From: a virus
Reading direction: 5' to 3' (one strand)
Length of the DNA: 64,000 bases
Virus record (IMG/VR): IMGVR_UViG_3300035158_000183
Coordinates: 110,035-174,034 of that record
Shown: positions 1-10,026 of the stretch, one piece after another
Numbering within the stretch: the first letter of the stretch is position 1
Layout: every line of letters begins with the position of its first letter
Program-made: the position numbers and the translations under genes
Notes under the pieces: model-generated
What the model was told of the DNA's origin: nothing
The model's database searches: none
The model's input: only the letters and a program-made list of their open reading frames with translations

Positions 1-2194
1 CACGGTCAGCAGTTGCTGCGTTCAGGCTACTGACTCCCATGATACGAGCTGGATCCTCTAAAAAGCTTCGGGCCACAGCCTCGCTTCCAGCCAGTGTGCC
101 GGCATCTATCTTGCCAGCGGTTATGAGAGACATAGCCTCCATCTGCTGAGTCAGCTGGGCCATTAGGTTACGTTGGACCAGCTTGCCAGACCACATAGCC
201 TGCACGGCCTGTCCGCCTATCTCTGTAGGTGCGCCGGCTACCCCGAGCATGCCAGCTAATTCTTTCTGCGTTTGAGCCCTACCCATGAACTTAATATCTT
301 CACTGAAAAATTTCCACCACTTATCTCGACCTATGCGGTGCCGTTCGCGTACGTACACCGTAGCGGCATGATCGTCCGTAAGTTCGGCTGCAATAACTTC
401 AGCAGCTTCCCCGCCTGCTTGAGCCTCTGCCCATAGCGGTGCGCCAGTGTGGCGCTCAACTCCTATAAACCCTTCTTGTCCTATAGGAGTAGCGAATTCT
501 CGCACTTCTCCGATGCGAGCACCCTTAAGCTTAGCCAGTATCTCTTCATTCACCCTGAGGCCTTCTCGTAGGTTTATCTTCTTTGCTACAACACGCTCAT
601 ACTCCATCATATCGGCTGCTTGCTCTGCGATAAGTCCCTCTTCCAGGAACATTCTCTTGTTCAGTTCCTCAGCGAGAAAGTTTCCTTCGACCATTCCTCT
701 CTGTAGGGCCTGCTTCTCGTTAGCAGTCTTGGCATAGAACGTTACTAGCTGAGGAGCAGTATAAGCCTCGGCTGCCGTAGCCGCATGTCCACCGTGTACC
801 ATTCTCTGATAGGCTGGGCCCTGAATCTTGCGTTCTAACCGGCTATAGTATTCGCCAAAAGTACCAGCGAATGGTGTGGCCTTAGCCTTAGCTTCCGCCG
901 TGACACCCCACTCTCCCCTAATAAACTGGAAAGGTTGTTGTTCAGTACCCACTAAACGGCCTAGTGGGCCATATAGCTCTTCGGCAGGTGTCATACGCTC
1001 GTGCACGCCTGCCATAAATACACCTCTGGCTACGGGATCCGGACCGCCAACAGGCCACAACTGCCGTCCGCCTGCTGCAGCTTCCTCCACCATCTTTCCG
1101 CGTAATTCTTCAGTCATTTTGCCTGCATACACTGCTTGCTGGCCCAACATCCGTGCTCTAGCCCTGCCTCCAGAAGGCAGCACTGCTTCAGGCAAGGACC
1201 AAACTGCCATTGCTCTGTGTGATGCGTCCCGGTCATGAAGAGCTTCTATGATTCGATGATTTATCTCAATTACTGTGTTCTTAACACCTGTAGTGGTCTT
1301 CTGTCTGGATATGGCGTTGGCCAGAAGATCTACGTACTCATCAGCATAGTTGCGTATAGCTCCTGTCTCACCATAGGCACGCCGGGTTCTATATCTGGCT
1401 GTGAGTCGCTGTCCGCCATAGGCCATCCCTGCACCCTCTAGCGGAATATTTATAGCTTCTCTTCCGATAGCCGCTCTTAGTACAGGAACTTCAGCAAACT
1501 TACCGCCACCTAGTGCTTCCCGGACCATCTCCACACCACGCCAGTCTATCTCCCCGCCAGCTTTGCGCATAGCTTCATCCAGCCTCTCCTGTATGGCCAC
1601 GGCTTTGGGAAAGTCTTGAATAGGTTTTACTGGTCTGTCAATGGTCGTGCCCACAAACTCGCCCGGTGATATGGCTGCCTCCGCTCTGGCCGCCCATGGA
1701 GTGCGTCCGCCTAGAGTGGGATCTGCTGTTAGAGACCGCAGGCGCCCAGCAAAGACATCAGCATCACCCAGCAAATCCTGAATCTCAGCAGCAGCTTGCC
1801 CATAAGCCTTCTTGTATGTAGACTGGCCCATGATATTTTGGAAAGCTGTGTAAGCTTCCTCTTCACTATAACGGCCACCTGCCATAATAGCTTCATAGGC
1901 GGCAGCGGCTATATCATGCTGCAGCACCTTGCCGCCTGGGCCAATCTTGGATAGCTCGTGAATAGCCAGATCTGATGTGTCCACCGTGCTCTTGATGGTG
2001 CGTTGCAGGTTGAACCCACCCATACCAGGTACTCTTGCCGCTACTTCGCCAGCAATATCTCTGGGCATTGTAGTGAAAAGACCCCTGAGAGCGGGATGGG
2101 CCCGGTACAAACCTACGCCAGCACCTCCCAGCAGAGCTGCACCTGCAGTAAACCCCCAGAGTGGTGAACGTTCTTGATAATTGTTATCTGGCAT
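1..2194 (-). CDS. Large virion-associated protein, partial (>=731 aa, runs off window edge)
   Basis: ATG at 2194 overlaps the stop of the giant ORF (TAATG). Begins MPDNNYQERSPLWGFTAGAALLGGAGVGLY with an N-terminal Gly-rich hydrophobic segment. No stop seen; absent from the ORF track, consistent with no stop in the window. Confidence 0.75.
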   Translation of the reverse strand, partial: MPDNNYQERSPLWGFTAGAALLGGAGVGLYRAHPALRGLFTTMPRDIAGEVAARVPGMGGFNLQRTIKSTVDTSDLAIHELSKIGPGGKVLQHDIAAAAYEAIMAGGRYSEEEAYTAFQNIMGQSTYKKAYGQAAAEIQDLLGDADVFAGRLRSLTADPTLGGRTPWAARAEAAISPGEFVGTTIDRPVKPIQDFPKAVAIQERLDEAMRKAGGEIDWRGVEMVREALGGGKFAEVPVLRAAIGREAINIPLEGAGMAYGGQRLTARYRTRRAYGETGAIRNYADEYVDLLANAISRQKTTTGVKNTVIEINHRIIEALHDRDASHRAMAVWSLPEAVLPSGGRARARMLGQQAVYAGKMTEELRGKMVEEAAAGGRQLWPVGGPDPVARGVFMAGVHERMTPAEELYGPLGRLVGTEQQPFQFIRGEWGVTAEAKAKATPFAGTFGEYYSRLERKIQGPAYQRMVHGGHAATAAEAYTAPQLVTFYAKTANEKQALQRGMVEGNFLAEELNKRMFLEEGLIAEQAADMMEYERVVAKKINLREGLRVNEEILAKLKGARIGEVREFATPIGQEGFIGVERHTGAPLWAEAQAGGEAAEVIAAELTDDHAATVYVRERHRIGRDKWWKFFSEDIKFMGRAQTQKELAGMLGVAGAPTEIGGQAVQAMWSGKLVQRNLMAQLTQQMEAMSLITAGKIDAGTLAGSEAVARSFLEDPARIMGVSSLNAATADR

Positions 2195-5100
2195 TACCTA
2201 ACTCCCATCCTCTTGTGGGTTTCTCGCACTAATTCATCTCTAGAGTCAACGATTTCAATATCATACTCATCCGGTCCTTTAGTAGCCAGACCACACCGCA
2301 TCACCCTGCTGCCACTACCTCCATGGACCTTGGCTAGTGTTTCAGCATTCAGCTTGTGTATCATAACATCTTCTAGCTCAGCACGGGCTTGCATATCTCG
2401 TATAAGGTCTTCATTAATATACGGTTTTCTAGCTAGGGCTCGCTTCCGAGCACCCCAAAGATCGAACTCATGATGGTCGAGTCCGGCCATCTGCACATAC
2501 TGAAGCTTAACATCCTCCATATCAACTGATGGACTATTATGATAGATTCCAATTGGAGAACAATACATGTGCTGGTCTTCAACTTCAAAATCGAGCACCG
2601 TGCCTTCGTATTGGGATCTTTCAATGGTCTCTACTCGATAAGCTATAAAGTTTTCACCTACTATAGCTGAAAGAGAAGAGCTAAGTGACTCTACTGCATA
2701 TTGGGCTTTACCATTTCTCTTCTTTGGCCCATGCAAACTAGCAGGAATACCTTGTGCCTCATATAGCCGTTTGGCCATATAGCATAATTGTCTATTAGCA
2801 AGAATAAGTCTCCCCCGCTCATCTTTAGAAGCATCCCCTGTATTAAGGCCATCTAATAAAGCTGCTTGGCTCTTCTGAGTAATATTCTCTAACCAAGAAG
2901 GAGAATATTTTTGATCACAATATCTACCTACCCAATGATTAATAAGCCAACCGAAAATACTATTTGCTACTACTAAATATGCGCTTTCACTCTTAGGCTT
3001 CTTCTTAAATCTGATGATGCTATCTAATCCAAATTTATCTTTAATGATTTTTTGAGCTAATTCTAGAATTGGGACTTCATCTATATGCGCTGTAAACTGT
3101 ACTCCTCTCATTCTGTCTCCAACAGCCCATGTGTTCCCTCCTGCTAAGTAATAGCCAATTAACCAACAAGTAGCTTCATCTAATTTGATAAATCTATTGA
3201 TTGGTTTAATTCTTCCTGTCTTCGGACGTAAAGTATCATCAAGTATCAGAGTATTGTTTGGAAAACAATTAAGCTTACCAATATCTATTACTGGATCTTC
3301 ATCAGTATGTTTTAGTAAAGGAATAGGCAAGTACGTATTTGTTGTAAGTTTACCTATAGGCATCCATTTAGCAGAATAAGATTCATAATGCTTTGTAGTA
3401 CAGAAATTACATTTCCACATTGTTGTTGCATGCGTGCATACAGATTCAGGCTTTAAATTGTATTTGCATCGTTCAGTCTGAATCCCAAGCACAATATGAT
3501 TCTCTGTTGCTGCCATACAATAAACACTGTTGTGATGAGTTTTAACAATTATAATATCTTCATTTGTCTGTCTCTCAAAAACTTGTTTCACTTGGTTTTC
3601 TCCTTGCAAGGTAGTTAAAGACTGATCTAATTTTACGTCACTTGCATGGAGAATTCTACCATCTGATGTTAAGATATCTTGTTTCGGAGGAACACACCAC
3701 CCTAGCCAGTCTGCGCCTGGCAAGGAGTGGGTTTTGAAGTATTCCTTAGCCTTAAGTTCGCGTATCCATTCATCAAATGGGATCTTTCCATCTGTCTCGG
3801 CTCGCCACTGCTCTTCCATCTCCGGTGTGGCCCCGAAGCCTTCGGTCTTGCGCATAAGAGCAGTCGTAATTAGTGTCTGCTCATCTTCCTTGGTGGCTAT
3901 ACCCGCCTGCTCCTTAGCTCTAGCAGCTCCTGCTTCCTGTTGTAACCACTTGGACATATACAGCCGTTGTTCATTCTCAGGTATCAGGGACAGTATCTCC
4001 TCGCGCTCTTCTGGTGATCTGGCACCTGTGAAAGCAGCAAAGAAGTCACGCTCTCTGCGCGGCAAGGCCCTCATAGCAGCCACTGGTGACCCGAAGACGT
4101 CCAGCCCGAACATGGTCCGCTGCTGGAGTTCCTGTTCCTCCCTCACATCTGACCACCTATTATTGTGGCGCGCAATACGTTCTGCACGCTCTGCCTTCAC
4201 CCAATCCAGCATATCGAAATATTCATTAATGTCACGACGTTGGCGAATTTGTTCAGGAATTCTGTTGAAACCTATAGCGTGTAGTGCCATGTCGGCTGCT
4301 GGCTGTAGAAAGTTCTCCACAGGACGATTCCAAAATGCTGCCTGGGTGCCAATAGCCTCTGAAGCTATGTACTCCTCAATGGCTGATCGTTGTCTGATAA
4401 GCTTGGATGCCGGAGACATAGGCGTTAGATACTCCATAGGGGTCTCAATACCATGCAAGATAGTCTCGCTCATGCGTCCAGCCAAACGCTCAGCAGGAGT
4501 AAATCTTAGCTGCTCGAATTCATCGCGTAGCTCCTTGGCCTCGGCATACTTCTGCTCCGCCAGGACTTGCCCGTAGTCCTGGTCGCCCATCATGGCTACA
4601 GCCTTCATGCGGCTGCCGCGCTTGGTCACATCATAGCGGCGGGACTCCATCTGAGGAGCCTTGATAGTAATCTTCTGCCCCTCAAAGTGCTCAGTGGCGA
4701 AGTCCATTGCCTTCTGCATGTTGGTGATGGCGCCCACGCCCTGCAGCTCGATAACCATGTCGCCGAATTCTGCTGCCTTGATACGACGTGGATCTAAGAC
4801 CTCTGTGACGGTGATATCCCTGGTGCCTAGTAGCTCTGGTCTGAAGCGATACTCAGTTATCTTGCGGCGCTGCTTCCTGGACTTGACCTGTTCCTCAACA
4901 GTTCTGACTAGCTGCTTATCTTGATCCGATAGCCTACCAAAGTTTCGCTTAGCCTTCTGTAGCGTCCACTTATATTCGTCTGACCACATAGCCACATCGC
5001 CCAGGATTTTAAGGCGGTGGACGAGTGGATACTCCTCTGGGTGGACCCCAGCTACCTCAGGATGCAGAGCCTCGTACCCAGGACCCGGCAGTCTGATTTC

Positions 5101-8100
5101 AGCTTCCTTGATCTTCTGGAATGGATTGCCATACTTCAGATCTAAGAAGTAGTCTTCGGGCATCCAGGACGGCATGGTATTCTTTAGAGGGTTATAGGTC
5201 TCAAGATAGCTTCTGGTGCGCGGAATAAAACGTCTCACTGGCTCCGAGTTGTGCAGAAGTAAATAATCCCCAACAAAACAATGAGACTCTTCAACTTCTA
5301 TATCAAAAACTTTAACTCCCGTGGCAGGCTCGGCTTTTACATTTCTAACTGAGTAATATAAAAACCCATCCTGAGTAAACTGCCTACCATTAGAGTGTTC
5401 GAAACTTTCTTCCCAATCATTGTCGAGAATAATGCGGCAATATCTATCATGTTGGTCTTTGCTAAACTTAAGATAGGATCTAAGAGTTGGCTTGCGTTGT
5501 TCGCCCTGCGGATATTGATTGTTAGGTTTGGGAATTTCCAAGTAGTCATCTGTCACTGTGGCAAATACACCAAGTCTTGCCAGGACAATCCAAAGATCTC
5601 GCACTAGCCGATTAGACTTACTAGTAAACCCTCCTGAGTATTTCTCTTTATTACTCCACCCATCGCCACCAATTAAACCAGCAATTAGCTTAGGCAATAA
5701 AGAGATGGGCAGATCAATAAGCCACGCCAATTTCTTAGTGCCGGCATCGGTGCCGAATTGCTTAAGCCATCGTGCTAAAGGAATATTGTGTAGCCTTAAA
5801 GCACAACTTCCTTGTTCGGGTTTCGTAGATATGTTATAGCTAAATCCAAATCTGGCTGTGTATATTTCGCCCAAAATATGAGCTATATCCAGCTCTTCTA
5901 AAGCAAGAGTAAAAGTAATATCTCCAGCCTGTGGGTCAGCACTACCCTCAGCAATCCACCACCCCACAAACCAAGCAAGATCACGACCGAATACAACCTT
6001 ACGTGGAGTTCTTTTGGGAGAGTGCTTTTTCCGGTATGAATTTAATGCTTCCTTCGCATATTGATCGGGAACGATTTCTCTTAAATCTTTCCGAGACATA
6101 AGGGGATTATTCTCTAGTGCTTCTATAGCTTTGGCAAAATGTTTAGTGGCCCTAGAATAGATATAGTCGTCTGTCACCGTTGCTGTAGAAGCAGCGTAGG
6201 GACCAAAATCTATAGATATATCTTCGGAAGTAATACCACCGGGCAGCGGCATTACCACAAAATCATTTGGCTCAATAGCATCAGCTCGAACCCATTGCCA
6301 CGCAATCTCTGTGTCACACAATCCACAAACACTGCAATGTTTCTTAGGGCTATGTGGGGTGCATGGTCTGGCATGACTATCTCTACAGGGAATACGTTTA
6401 TAAACAGCAACAGGGTGATTCCCCGTAACTCTTACCGTCTTATTACCAACCCTGGTATTGATAGTAATCATCTGTTCGTCGGAGCCGCAGATCCTTTCAA
6501 AAACATTAAGTACTTGCTTTGTCTTCATACGGTGATCATAAACAGCATCACCTACTTGAATATCCTCGATGTTCTTCAGGCCATCCGGAGTAAAAACCTT
6601 CTCTCCGGCAGGTAAGCATGCACCTAGCGCACCACCCACATTGAGATGGCTCCATAGCCAGTACTCAGATCCGGTCTCCTTGCCCATGACGCCTAATGTT
6701 TGTAGGTTCTGGAAGAACTCCTCCCTACCCGTCATGGCATGCTCAATAGCTCCCTCAGCAAAACCGACAAGACCTACAGCCTCACGTCTGCGGTACATAA
6801 GCTCGTTGAACAACTGGCTACCTTCTTCGGGTACTACCGGCGCTCCAGGACGCAAGCCCCCAAGCTCATACGCTGGCTCGGTTTCCTTGCGGACATCCGG
6901 TCGATGTACATACTCTCCCTCATCTAGCATCCATTCCTCAGGACGTATTAGCTTGCGAGGCTTGAGAGCTTTGCCCACTGTTGCCGCAACAAGAGGACCG
7001 AAAAATGGTACATCTTTACCGTAAGTGCCTGCAAGCGGGGCCGGCCGCTCATACTGATATTTTCTTTCGTAGTGGTACTTCCACTCGTCTGACCCGAACA
7101 GGGCCTTTAATGGATGGAGCCATGGGTCGTGTTCCCACTTCTCTTCTTCAGTACCATACATGCCCTTCTGGAATGCTCTGGTCCGCAACCTCTCCATGAA
7201 GTGAGGGCGGTAGTATTCTATGCGGCCACCCTCGTAAGGAGTAGAATTGTGCACCAAGAATGTACCCGCCTGGAATAGATGATCCGGGTGATCTACTTCG
7301 AAGTCATAGACAATATCATCATAATCTTCTGTTTCTATCGCGCAAATAACAGAGTAAAGTTTAGAATTACAAACTTTATAGAAATATGGAATCCTACCTG
7401 GAGTCCACTTGATCCTATGCCTCCCCCTATAATCATTCTTCTCAAACTTACAAAGATAAGGATATTCTCCTAAGTTTAACAATATAGAGAATATTGCATC
7501 AAGAAGCCCTCGTCTACAAGAAGAGATAACACAGGTTCTTTGATCTAGATGTCCATCTCCACGCCGATAACCCTCAACCAATTGTTCTTTAAAAGCTTTT
7601 GGTGCAGACATAAATACTTGTGGAAATATTTTGTCTTGTTGGCGCTCGCTATTATAAAACAGCTCAAAGAACATTCTGGCAAGCAAAGAACTGCAGATCC
7701 TTACGACCCAACAGCCTTCGTTTGTTTTCTTCTTGCCTTTCTTAAACCTTACTGTTGGTGTAATGCCAAATTCTTTCTCAGATATAGAGACAACATCATC
7801 AACTATCCATCGTTCTGATTTAGCGTGAACAGTTTCTATCATGTGGGGAATATCATTCTTATAAGAAATATTGCCTTCTGCTAAGAAGTAACCGAATAGA
7901 CGGCCTAGTTCTGGTGTTAATGTTACAACTCTAGGGATTGAAGCCCCCCTAGATCTTTGAACCTTGCCACTATACCAATTCTTCTGTGCGGGGAGAAGAA
8001 TATCTTCACAGATTAAGAAAAGACCAGTCTTTATCAAATCTTCAGAAATAAGCTCAGTTGATGTTTCCTTTAGCTGTGGGATAGGTATCTCTACTCTGTC

Positions 8101-10026
8101 GTTTACTCGAAGCCCTTTCGCTTCTACTTCAACAATTTCTTCTCCTCTAAGAACCGGAACCTTATGATTCCCTGTTAGCTTGGTCTCTGTAATCCAACTA
8201 GCTCTTGTTTTGAATTTGATAATATTACCAGAAAACTTTCTTGTAAATATATTGACGACCTTAGCCTCTTCGCCATCTCTGCCTATTAAGACATCACCAA
8301 TACGAACTTCATGGGCTTCCTTAAATGTTCCGGCATAACACATTGGAATCATTGAGGAATTCGCCAAGCACCTCCCGAACTCCCACCACCTACCCTTCCT
8401 GATGGGCACTTCCTTCTCACCAGAGTAAATTGCCTCCAGCTCCTCGGAAGTCTCAGTAGTACCCAGCAAGTTGAGTCCAGGTATAGCCGCCATTAGATTG
8501 CCAGAAAGCAGTCCCATGCCAGTGCTAAGGGCGCCCCAGGCTGCCACTCCACCTAGAAACCCTAGAGCCATTGGGTGCCTAGCCTTAGCAAGCAATCTAC
8601 CCCCGGGTAGTTTCTTGACAGCTTTACCCAGCTTAGACTCCCATACGGCGTCAGCTATCTTATCAACATGTTCTTTACGCAGATCTTCAGTAATATCTGC
8701 GAAGGCACGCTCGGGGCCTGCTGCGTGGCGTTGCCGAACTGCTGCACCCAATAAACCACCATAGCCGGCCAGGCCCCCCGCCAGCATACCTACGCCACCG
8801 AACCCTACGGCAGTCTTAAGGGATACCAGCCCAGGTGTCACAGCTTCCTGTTCTCGCAATGATTCTGATAGACCCAAAGCTTCTGATGCTCTTGCCCGTG
8901 CAAGGTTCAAATCAGTAAACATAGAAGCGACGCCGTAGAATAGACCTTCATCAAATCTAGGGGCTAGGGCCGTATAGAGACCGGTTGCCGCCCCAATAGC
9001 CAGACCAGCAGGTCTAAACATTTGTCCTGGTCGCTTGAACAGAAAGGCGCCAGCTGCGGCACCACCGGCAGTACCAAGGGCTGGTGCCCAAGCACTACCT
9101 TCCGCCCTCAAATAATCGTAATATTCTAGACCCTTATACGCAGCGGCCAGTCCTAAACCTTTCATCATATACCGGCCGGCCATCTGCATAGCAGAGCCAG
9201 GCTGGACCTTCATGCTGCTGACCACAGGTATACGATTTAGGATAGGAAACACCTCGAACGGCTTCGAGAGTAGCATGTTAAGACGGCCCGCCGTAGTAGC
9301 CGCCTTGGCACGCATCAGCTTCCCAAGTATTTCACCCTTAGCCACTCGGCGCTGCATCTTCTCACTGAGCTGTATATCTTTACCAAAAATCCTAATCTTC
9401 TCGCGGAACTTGGCTCCCAATATCAGCTTGCGACGTCTCTCCGAAGGAGCCATCTCATCCAGCCACTCCTTGTAGTCTATCGGGAGATCTAGCATCTCAT
9501 ATTCGCTTCTTAATAGAGCCTCATTGAGTGACTGATATTCTCCTAGTTTGGTCTTGCTAAGCCGTGCGTAGTAGTCGGCAATGGCAGAACCCTTCTGAGT
9601 GCCTGCAGTGATCTGCAGCCCCATCCCGATAGCTTTACTCTCGCGCGTTACATCACCAAATATCGCACCGGTACGCTCCATCGTCAGACCGCCACCTGTA
9701 CCAAAGATATTTCGGAGATATCCTCCGTACTGGCCTGCAGCCTTCAGCTGGGCCTCTGGCAGATCTATTCTAGACCAGGTTTCTAGGGGCGATAGGAACT
9801 CAGAGATACGGAAGGTTCTGAGTATAGCTGCAGGGAAGGCTGTCTCGGCTGTTCTAATTCCCTGTAGGTAAACATCCCACAGTCTCCCGCCACCGTAAGG
9901 TATAAATCCAGACGCCATTATACCTGCACTAGCGAATCCCAGTTTAGCTAGCGGGGATAGTGTCTCGCTTGGTTGTGGGGGCTGTGGCCCGAAGGCTGTT
10001 ATCGGATCAGCTGGCAATAATTTCAC
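2194..10026 (-). CDS. Tape-measure-like/ejected giant virion protein, precursor with three inteins (mature ~1391 aa), with a degenerate SNase-like domain
   Basis: 2610-aa ORF directly after the tail chaperones; Gly/Ala-rich hydrophobic helices in the N-terminal 540 aa; three C...HN/S intein units. Confidence 0.7.
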   Translation of the reverse strand: MKLLPADPITAFGPQPPQPSETLSPLAKLGFASAGIMASGFIPYGGGRLWDVYLQGIRTAETAFPAAILRTFRISEFLSPLETWSRIDLPEAQLKAAGQYGGYLRNIFGTGGGLTMERTGAIFGDVTRESKAIGMGLQITAGTQKGSAIADYYARLSKTKLGEYQSLNEALLRSEYEMLDLPIDYKEWLDEMAPSERRRKLILGAKFREKIRIFGKDIQLSEKMQRRVAKGEILGKLMRAKAATTAGRLNMLLSKPFEVFPILNRIPVVSSMKVQPGSAMQMAGRYMMKGLGLAAAYKGLEYYDYLRAEGSAWAPALGTAGGAAAGAFLFKRPGQMFRPAGLAIGAATGLYTALAPRFDEGLFYGVASMFTDLNLARARASEALGLSESLREQEAVTPGLVSLKTAVGFGGVGMLAGGLAGYGGLLGAAVRQRHAAGPERAFADITEDLRKEHVDKIADAVWESKLGKAVKKLPGGRLLAKARHPMALGFLGGVAAWGALSTGMGLLSGNLMAAIPGLNLLGTTETSEELEAIYSGEKEVPIRKGRWWEFGRCLANSSMIPMCYAGTFKEAHEVRIGDVLIGRDGEEAKVVNIFTRKFSGNIIKFKTRASWITETKLTGNHKVPVLRGEEIVEVEAKGLRVNDRVEIPIPQLKETSTELISEDLIKTGLFLICEDILLPAQKNWYSGKVQRSRGASIPRVVTLTPELGRLFGYFLAEGNISYKNDIPHMIETVHAKSERWIVDDVVSISEKEFGITPTVRFKKGKKKTNEGCWVVRICSSLLARMFFELFYNSERQQDKIFPQVFMSAPKAFKEQLVEGYRRGDGHLDQRTCVISSCRRGLLDAIFSILLNLGEYPYLCKFEKNDYRGRHRIKWTPGRIPYFYKVCNSKLYSVICAIETEDYDDIVYDFEVDHPDHLFQAGTFLVHNSTPYEGGRIEYYRPHFMERLRTRAFQKGMYGTEEEKWEHDPWLHPLKALFGSDEWKYHYERKYQYERPAPLAGTYGKDVPFFGPLVAATVGKALKPRKLIRPEEWMLDEGEYVHRPDVRKETEPAYELGGLRPGAPVVPEEGSQLFNELMYRRREAVGLVGFAEGAIEHAMTGREEFFQNLQTLGVMGKETGSEYWLWSHLNVGGALGACLPAGEKVFTPDGLKNIEDIQVGDAVYDHRMKTKQVLNVFERICGSDEQMITINTRVGNKTVRVTGNHPVAVYKRIPCRDSHARPCTPHSPKKHCSVCGLCDTEIAWQWVRADAIEPNDFVVMPLPGGITSEDISIDFGPYAASTATVTDDYIYSRATKHFAKAIEALENNPLMSRKDLREIVPDQYAKEALNSYRKKHSPKRTPRKVVFGRDLAWFVGWWIAEGSADPQAGDITFTLALEELDIAHILGEIYTARFGFSYNISTKPEQGSCALRLHNIPLARWLKQFGTDAGTKKLAWLIDLPISLLPKLIAGLIGGDGWSNKEKYSGGFTSKSNRLVRDLWIVLARLGVFATVTDDYLEIPKPNNQYPQGEQRKPTLRSYLKFSKDQHDRYCRIILDNDWEESFEHSNGRQFTQDGFLYYSVRNVKAEPATGVKVFDIEVEESHCFVGDYLLLHNSEPVRRFIPRTRSYLETYNPLKNTMPSWMPEDYFLDLKYGNPFQKIKEAEIRLPGPGYEALHPEVAGVHPEEYPLVHRLKILGDVAMWSDEYKWTLQKAKRNFGRLSDQDKQLVRTVEEQVKSRKQRRKITEYRFRPELLGTRDITVTEVLDPRRIKAAEFGDMVIELQGVGAITNMQKAMDFATEHFEGQKITIKAPQMESRRYDVTKRGSRMKAVAMMGDQDYGQVLAEQKYAEAKELRDEFEQLRFTPAERLAGRMSETILHGIETPMEYLTPMSPASKLIRQRSAIEEYIASEAIGTQAAFWNRPVENFLQPAADMALHAIGFNRIPEQIRQRRDINEYFDMLDWVKAERAERIARHNNRWSDVREEQELQQRTMFGLDVFGSPVAAMRALPRRERDFFAAFTGARSPEEREEILSLIPENEQRLYMSKWLQQEAGAARAKEQAGIATKEDEQTLITTALMRKTEGFGATPEMEEQWRAETDGKIPFDEWIRELKAKEYFKTHSLPGADWLGWCVPPKQDILTSDGRILHASDVKLDQSLTTLQGENQVKQVFERQTNEDIIIVKTHHNSVYCMAATENHIVLGIQTERCKYNLKPESVCTHATTMWKCNFCTTKHYESYSAKWMPIGKLTTNTYLPIPLLKHTDEDPVIDIGKLNCFPNNTLILDDTLRPKTGRIKPINRFIKLDEATCWLIGYYLAGGNTWAVGDRMRGVQFTAHIDEVPILELAQKIIKDKFGLDSIIRFKKKPKSESAYLVVANSIFGWLINHWVGRYCDQKYSPSWLENITQKSQAALLDGLNTGDASKDERGRLILANRQLCYMAKRLYEAQGIPASLHGPKKRNGKAQYAVESLSSSLSAIVGENFIAYRVETIERSQYEGTVLDFEVEDQHMYCSPIGIYHNSPSVDMEDVKLQYVQMAGLDHHEFDLWGARKRALARKPYINEDLIRDMQARAELEDVMIHKLNAETLAKVHGGSGSRVMRCGLATKGPDEYDIEIVDSRDELVRETHKRMGVR
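2536..3696 (-). mobile_element. Intein 3 (387 aa) with degenerate LAGLIDADG endonuclease and Cys-rich insert
   Basis: WLGW/CVPPKQ start; ATENH; IGYYLAGG and LDGLNTGDA; ends GIYHN/S; strongly AT-rich. Confidence 0.92.
5248..6618 (-). mobile_element. Intein 2 (457 aa) with LAGLIDADG endonuclease and Cys-rich insert
   Basis: ALGA/CLPAGEKV start; VTGNH; VGWWIAEG and IAGLIGGDG; ends LLLHN/S. Confidence 0.94.
7246..8370 (-). mobile_element. Intein 1 (375 aa) with LAGLIDADG homing endonuclease
   Basis: EFGR/CLANSS start; block B LTGNH; FGYFLAEG and VEGYRRGDG; ends FLVHN/S; AT-richer than flanks. Confidence 0.93.
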
